Source of the DNA: Nitrosopumilus sp.
GTDB taxonomy: Archaea; Thermoproteota; Nitrososphaeria; Nitrososphaerales; Nitrosopumilaceae
Assembly: GCA_965207445.1 (NCBI GenBank)
Contig: CBDBLX010000002.1
Span: forward strand, 1,463,849-1,527,848
DNA length: 64,000 bases
Reading direction: 5' to 3'
Shown here piece by piece: positions 59,090 through 64,000 of this stretch; the stretch's first letter is position 1; every line of letters starts with the position of its first letter. The notes under the pieces were generated by a model that saw only the letters and a program-made list of their open reading frames with translations, had not been told where the DNA came from and did not search any database. The position numbers and the translations under genes were made by a program.

Positions 59090-60761
59090 GTGGTTGGTGC
59101 GTAATTCATCAAATCGCCATCTGCATCGTACTTGCAAAATCATCTGCAAATATCGCCAGAGTTTTATGTACATATATTTAATAAGCTCATATATAAAAGT
59201 ATATGCGCGCATACCAAAAGTTACTTATAGGGGCATCCCAAATGAATAATTGTAATGTCACCAAAGGGGATGCTAAACAACGTTGACTAGCCAATGTTAT
59301 CAACGTATCGTTTGTGAAGTGTGGTGGAACGACGACATATGGTGGGTTGCCACAACATGCTATACTACACAGAATGTCGCCCATTACAATGCATGGTTTG
59401 TGATGAATGTGGCGCCTGCTTGTTGTTTGTGTAAATTTAGTGTGTGGGTTTCAAATAAGAACAAATTATGGAGGCAGACCGTACAGTGACAGAGCAGCAC
59501 AAGCGACGCGAAGGTTACTGGCAGTATTACGAACAGGCACGCAAATCTGAGCCGGATTTTATGCGCAAGACCTTGCTGTCGGCGATACGAAAAAACCCAC
59601 ATCCGTGCAAGGAAAAGAAAACAAATAGAGGATGCAAGCCGGTACACTCTCGTGACAAGATGGATTTTTTGTGTCTTTTAAAAGTTGCAAAAAATATTCC
59701 TTTTCGTGACGTGGTAAATGATCTTGGACATATGCATGATGAAGGGGTTGACGAGCCGAAGCCTGATTATAGTTGGGTAACCAAACATATGCAAACAATT
59801 GATCTCGACTGGCTTGATTCTATTTTGGCATATACTGCCAATATGTGTCTAACTGAACTTGAAAAATCTGGGACAGATCCGGTACCGATAAAAGGTAAAG
59901 AGACCATACTTACGCACGGATCCGAGGATTTTGAGAGCGGTAAACAAGACGTAAAACAAGAACCTACAGCTCCAATTGGGATAGACAGTAGTGGGGTAGA
60001 GACTGACAGGTACGAAAAACAAGAAAGACCTAATCATGTACTACAAGACTTTGAGCCGACACGCATCAAGATGTACCTAAAATATCACATTACTGCGATA
60101 ACCGGACATCAGATCATACTTGCATCATACACAACTCCAAGCAATGTGAGTGACACGTCAATGCTTCCATATATGGTCAGCTTTCTCGTAAAAAACTATA
60201 CACAGATTGAAAAACGCTTATTCAACGGAGACAAGGGATATGACTCGGATCAAAACTGTGAGATAATATTCAATGCAAACATGAAACCGAACATAAAGCA
60301 GCGCAATCACACAGATGGCGCAGGTCATACAAACCGTGGCAAACCAAGTAGAAAAAAGGCAGCAGAGATCTTTGACCAAGATGCATACAAACAACGCGCA
60401 CTTATCGAGGCAATATTTGGAGCAGAAGAGACAAAGAATCACAGGCTACACTGTCGCATGCGTCTGGCCAAAAACCAAAAGCGGTTTGGCAAAATACTAT
60501 CAATTGCATGGAATATCAACGTCCTGAACAGATTTATCTGCGCTCATGAAAAAGGGCAAAAGATTCCATCATACCAATGATAGTGACTGCTATCCCACTT
60601 GCACGTTTCATGTTCTATAATCTGTCTGCTAAAACACACATGTATATTCAAAAACAAAACGCACTATAGATAGATTCCAGTCTTTTGTAGATTGAATGTG
60701 CAATAAGCCAAGCTCACAGAAGGGTCACAGGCAGGCCAAATGTCAATTACGCACCAACCTC
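59090..60761 (+). mobile_element. IS5-like element, 1672 bp
   Basis: 17-bp TIRs g(t/a)ggttggtgcgtaatt (59090-59106, 60745-60761) and 9-bp TSD catatgtcc (59081-59089, 60762-60770). Confidence 0.9.
59468..60580 (+). CDS. IS5/IS4-clan DDE transposase
   Basis: PDYS, GIDSSG, YLKYH, GDKGYDS, YKQRALIEAIFG (YREK-like). Confidence 0.9.
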   Translation: MEADRTVTEQHKRREGYWQYYEQARKSEPDFMRKTLLSAIRKNPHPCKEKKTNRGCKPVHSRDKMDFLCLLKVAKNIPFRDVVNDLGHMHDEGVDEPKPDYSWVTKHMQTIDLDWLDSILAYTANMCLTELEKSGTDPVPIKGKETILTHGSEDFESGKQDVKQEPTAPIGIDSSGVETDRYEKQERPNHVLQDFEPTRIKMYLKYHITAITGHQIILASYTTPSNVSDTSMLPYMVSFLVKNYTQIEKRLFNGDKGYDSDQNCEIIFNANMKPNIKQRNHTDGAGHTNRGKPSRKKAAEIFDQDAYKQRALIEAIFGAEETKNHRLHCRMRLAKNQKRFGKILSIAWNINVLNRFICAHEKGQKIPSYQ

Positions 60762-60770
60762 CATATGTCC

Positions 60771-60851
60771 GTAACCGTTCAACCTCCGTACTTGCGCCAG
60801 ACATTAGACGGTGAATTTGTGCCTAAATTTGGGAAGGGGTTGAACGGTTAC
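60771..60851 (-). mobile_element. Full-length 81-bp GTAACC-MITE
   Basis: Perfect TIRs gtaaccgttcaacc / ggttgaacggttac; interior is the reverse complement of 12527-12607 with a few substitutions. Confidence 0.92.
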
Positions 60852-61023
60852 ATAGTCTATATTCAAAGTCACCACGGAGACTGTGCTCCTCCTCCTCTAC
60901 AATCACTTTATTTGAGAATGATTTCCACAGAATAGTGCTTGTGTAAGATTATAAAATATTAAGATTTTACCATCATTACTAATTAACAACAACTTTTATT
61001 AGCATTCAAGAATATTACTTGTT

Positions 61024-61182
61024 ATGAGCGACAGAGAATATGATGAGGAATTTGAACAAATACGAAAATCTACCATTTCTGCACTACAAGACATTTATAA
61101 CAGTCTACCTGATAGTGATGAACCGCTTACAGAGAACGAAGTGGCTGACTTTCAAAAACGGTGTGAAAATGCTGTGGGTTAA
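61024..61182 (+). CDS. Small acidic hypothetical protein (52 aa)
   Basis: Manual translation MSDREYDEEFEQIRKSTISALQDIYNSLPDSDEPLTENEVADFQKRCENAVG. Confidence 0.4.
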   Translation: MSDREYDEEFEQIRKSTISALQDIYNSLPDSDEPLTENEVADFQKRCENAVG

Positions 61183-61318
61183 GGTGAATACACTTGGACC
61201 GTGATGAGATTATAGAATTTTTACGAGAATCAATACGGAATAATTTTATTGCATATGGTTAAGTTGCAACTGTTGCAGTTTTAAAGATTGATTGGAACAA
61301 CTATAGAGGCGATTAAGA

Positions 61319-61747
61319 ATGCTTGAAAAATTATTAGAACTTGTCTGTATTAGTCTCGTTCTTATAGGAATCATTACATTACTTTTATTACCATTTGATT
61401 ATTATACTACACCACTACTTGTCATTATCGGACTCGGTGCAATGTTTTGGTTATCTCCACTTTTAACCTACAAAATGCAATTACCAATAAGATTAATTGA
61501 TGGATATTCCTTTACAAATGATGACCCGAGAACGCGCATATCTCGGATTTTTAATTTATGTGTGTGGAGTTGTGTTTTAATAGGAGTCAGTATTTTATGG
61601 ACGCTTGTAATGTTTGATGAGGTTGAAGCTGGAATAGATGAGTTTCCTAGTCTAATTCTTGGTATGATTGGCACATTGACATTATGCGTACGACTCGTGG
61701 TATTATATTATGAATACTTTAAGCAGACTAGTTTGCATTACCAGTAA
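61319..61747 (+). CDS. Hypothetical membrane protein (4 TM)
   Basis: Four hydrophobic segments in a 142-aa ORF. Confidence 0.65.
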   Translation: MLEKLLELVCISLVLIGIITLLLLPFDYYTTPLLVIIGLGAMFWLSPLLTYKMQLPIRLIDGYSFTNDDPRTRISRIFNLCVWSCVLIGVSILWTLVMFDEVEAGIDEFPSLILGMIGTLTLCVRLVVLYYEYFKQTSLHYQ

Positions 61748-62068
61748 ACACCTACTAATATCTCCCGAGATCTCAAAGATAGTACCATAACGTGTCACCT
61801 CCCCTTCTTCTCTCTCTCTCTCGCTCTCTATCACGTGGGCTAGACATGTGCATACACTACTATCATCACAAATCACTGAAATTGTTAGATATTGCAAAAA
61901 AGGGGAATTGTATACTTGATTTACAAATATATGACTAATTAAATACTTTGCAGGTGATACAGATTCAAATACAGATAGTCCAGATCCATGCACCCCTACA
62001 CAAAATAGGGTGCGTACACTAAAGCTGCGCGGATCATTTAACATAATCAACCATCGTTTTAACCGATT

Positions 62069-62260
62069 TCAGCCCACAATGACTTTGCCCGTTATCCGAG
62101 GATGTATCGCACAATACCAATCATGCTCTACCTTGTTTGGCATCGAGAAAGTGTGAGTTGATCCTGTCAATATAATGCAACTATCAAACACACCGTCGGG
62201 ACCCGTCTCAGTGGTGCCAGATGTCATAGTATGCGCCGCATCATCGTCGTTTAACAATAT
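62069..62260 (-). pseudogene. Plastocyanin/cupredoxin domain fragment
   Basis: NDDDAAHTMTSGT..GPDGVFDS..YCAIHPRITGKVIV; the axial Met is replaced by Ile and the N-terminus is missing. Confidence 0.7.
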
Positions 62261-62303
62261 CTGGTATTTACCCACTCCGATCCTCTTTATGGGTACTAAT
62301 ATG

Positions 62304-62393
62304 ATTAAAGATCCGATATTTTGATTGATGTTCATCTCGAAGTTGAGCACAGATTATGAATACAAAATATTAGAAAACTATCGGATCTTTAAT
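62304..62393. mobile_element. Candidate second MITE (90 bp)
   Basis: Perfect 15-bp inverted repeat attaaagatccgata (62304-62318) / tatcggatctttaat (62379-62393). Confidence 0.5.
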
Positions 62394-62400
62394 GAAACTA

Positions 62401-63349
62401 TTATGGATTAGAGTCGTGTCGTACTAGTCCCGTGTATTTTGGCAAGAATTTTTTGAGAGGGGATATTGTTTTATCGTCAGTTATCTCTATTAAACAACAG
62501 TCGTCTCCGAGCGCAATTAAACCGCACGTATGTTTTTTGTTTGCTCCAGGCCAGTCAAACTCATCACAGCCTAACGTGTTTTTGCTTAAAATTTTTTGTT
62601 TGATCTCATCGTGTTTTTGTTTTTGTGCTTTGGCATGTGATATCTTGTCACGATATGCCGCTGATGGGGAGATCTCAACTTGCATGATATCCTTGCTAAA
62701 TTCTGCAGTCTTTACGTGTGATAGACCTTTCATGTTTAGTGTGACTGTGGTTACAGAATGTAGTCGAACGACGCGCAAAAGTCCTTACATTTGAAATGGG
62801 TTGCTGCATTTGTTTTTTGCATTTACTACACCGGCGACGTTTGACAACATCAAACTTGACATACTCTTTGATTATTGTAATGATTTGGACCACCACCCGG
62901 TCATACGCGCCTGTTGTGGTCGATGAGAGTGGGTTTTTGCATTGTGGGTACGTAGGGCCATCTATCACACCCCTCTGTTCTAGCTATGTTTACAGGGCGT
63001 TCGTTTTTGGTATCTTTTTGCCCCTTTGGTCTGCCTAGTTTTTGGTTTATTTTCTCCTGGTGTTTTGTCAGGTTTATCAGTAGCAGTGACTGCCTTGATG
63101 CCGTTTTTCTTGGCCCTTGACTCTGTTGATCTTTTGATATTTTTTATTGTCTTGGATTAATTCTTCATTCTGTGTCTTTAACGTGGTGGTATCTTGTAAC
63201 ATCTCAGACATACCATTAGTTGTTATTTTTATTTTTGAATTCGATGACTCTTGCAATATCTTGTCAATCGGTATTGTACAACCACCATTTGCAACAATCG
63301 CAATCATTTTTGAGACATGGTTTTTTTGCATGTTGTGTGTTTTTGTCAC
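62401..63349 (-). pseudogene. Second, divergent IS66 transposase, frameshifted and 3'-truncated
   Basis: PQCKNPLS..RRRCSKCKK zinc finger, LGCDE..W and YTGLVRHDS across three ORFs. Confidence 0.7.
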
Positions 63350-63910
63350 GAGGTTTTGAGCAGTACAACTATGTTTCCCCCTCCTGCAATAATTGACACT
63401 TGTATTCAGTCACACTGATCGCTTAAATCATGTTTGCGCGATGAACTAATATCGTTCCTGTCTATCATTTTATTCATCCTTAATGATAGATGGAAGTGTT
63501 TTGATTTAACACCCTAACGCCAAATTATTCGAGTGTTTGATCAATTTTTTTAAACCAAAATTATCATGGTATGTAATCATAAGAATTTAAGTGTCTACTT
63601 CAAAAAGAAAAATAGTTACCAACCACGTTAACTTTACTTTTGTCACTTGTTTAGAGTACTAGTAATATCTCAAATTACGTACAACAGTGCCTCACACAGT
63701 ATTATCGACGCGTATGATTCTTGTGAGGTGTGTTCTTCCACAGACGACACATGTGTTCACTAAAATAATATTCTGGTTAGTATGATCTTATTTAGGCACA
63801 GTGCTGGGGGGGGGGGGGGGTGACATGCCACATATAAATGCCAATCAACTGCGTTTGCAAGAGAACCCTTACAAATTAACTTAATAATATATACAATACT
63901 GCAACTAATT

Positions 63911-64000
63911 ATGGTAAGATTAGAAGAGCTGACTGTCGGTGCATATGTTAACAGGTTATCATTTGATGGCCCTGTGGAAATCATAGCCGTCAAGTGGTTT
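63911..64000 (+). CDS. 5' end of a putative SNF2/DUF3883-type helicase gene (runs off window)
   Basis: MVRLEELTVGAYVNRLSFDGPVEIIAVKWF is open to the window edge; paralogous to 13205. Confidence 0.45.
   Translation, partial: MVRLEELTVGAYVNRLSFDGPVEIIAVKWF

Larger units (their letters stand above)
61787..63831. mobile_element. Non-autonomous derivative of the 47736-49895 IS66 (both ends retained, interior replaced)
   Basis: 61787-~61900 aligns with the reverse complement of ~49795-49895, and ~63620-63831 with the reverse complement of 47736-47945. No TSD seen. Confidence 0.8.

Overview
AT-rich archaeal DNA, very likely from a Nitrososphaerota (Thaumarchaeota, Nitrosopumilaceae-like) genome. 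The call rests on CdvA, FEN1, RpoK, Alba, S25e, S26e, archaeal ThrRS, the methylmalonyl-CoA mutase B12 subunit and a cupredoxin fragment. High IS load, pseudogenes, microsatellite-derived insertions in housekeeping proteins and a giant adhesin suggest a host-associated lineage such as a sponge symbiont (inference). Housekeeping blocks (about 1.1-12.3, 38.6-41.1, 45.5-47.7 and 50-59 kb) alternate with accessory DNA. A ~22.4 kb locus (13818-36261) encodes a ~7,400-aa secreted protein with 12 FG-GAP repeats, FN3 and NHL repeats, and about 67 near-identical Ig-like modules. Mobile elements include intact IS66, IS481/IS1202-like and IS5 elements with readable TIRs and target duplications, decayed IS110, IS5 and IS66 copies, and at least 7 copies of an ~81-bp GTAACC-ended MITE. 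The most interesting signal is an IS110 element inserted precisely inside the TIR of one MITE copy. Its 5' non-coding end folds into bridge-RNA-like loops carrying short matches to the MITE TIR and to the element's own ends, making it a candidate archaeal RNA-guided recombinase that targets a MITE. MITE and IS66 ends also bracket captured cargo genes. All calls are by-eye motif recognition; no database searches or folding programs were run. No tRNA, rRNA or CRISPR array was seen.
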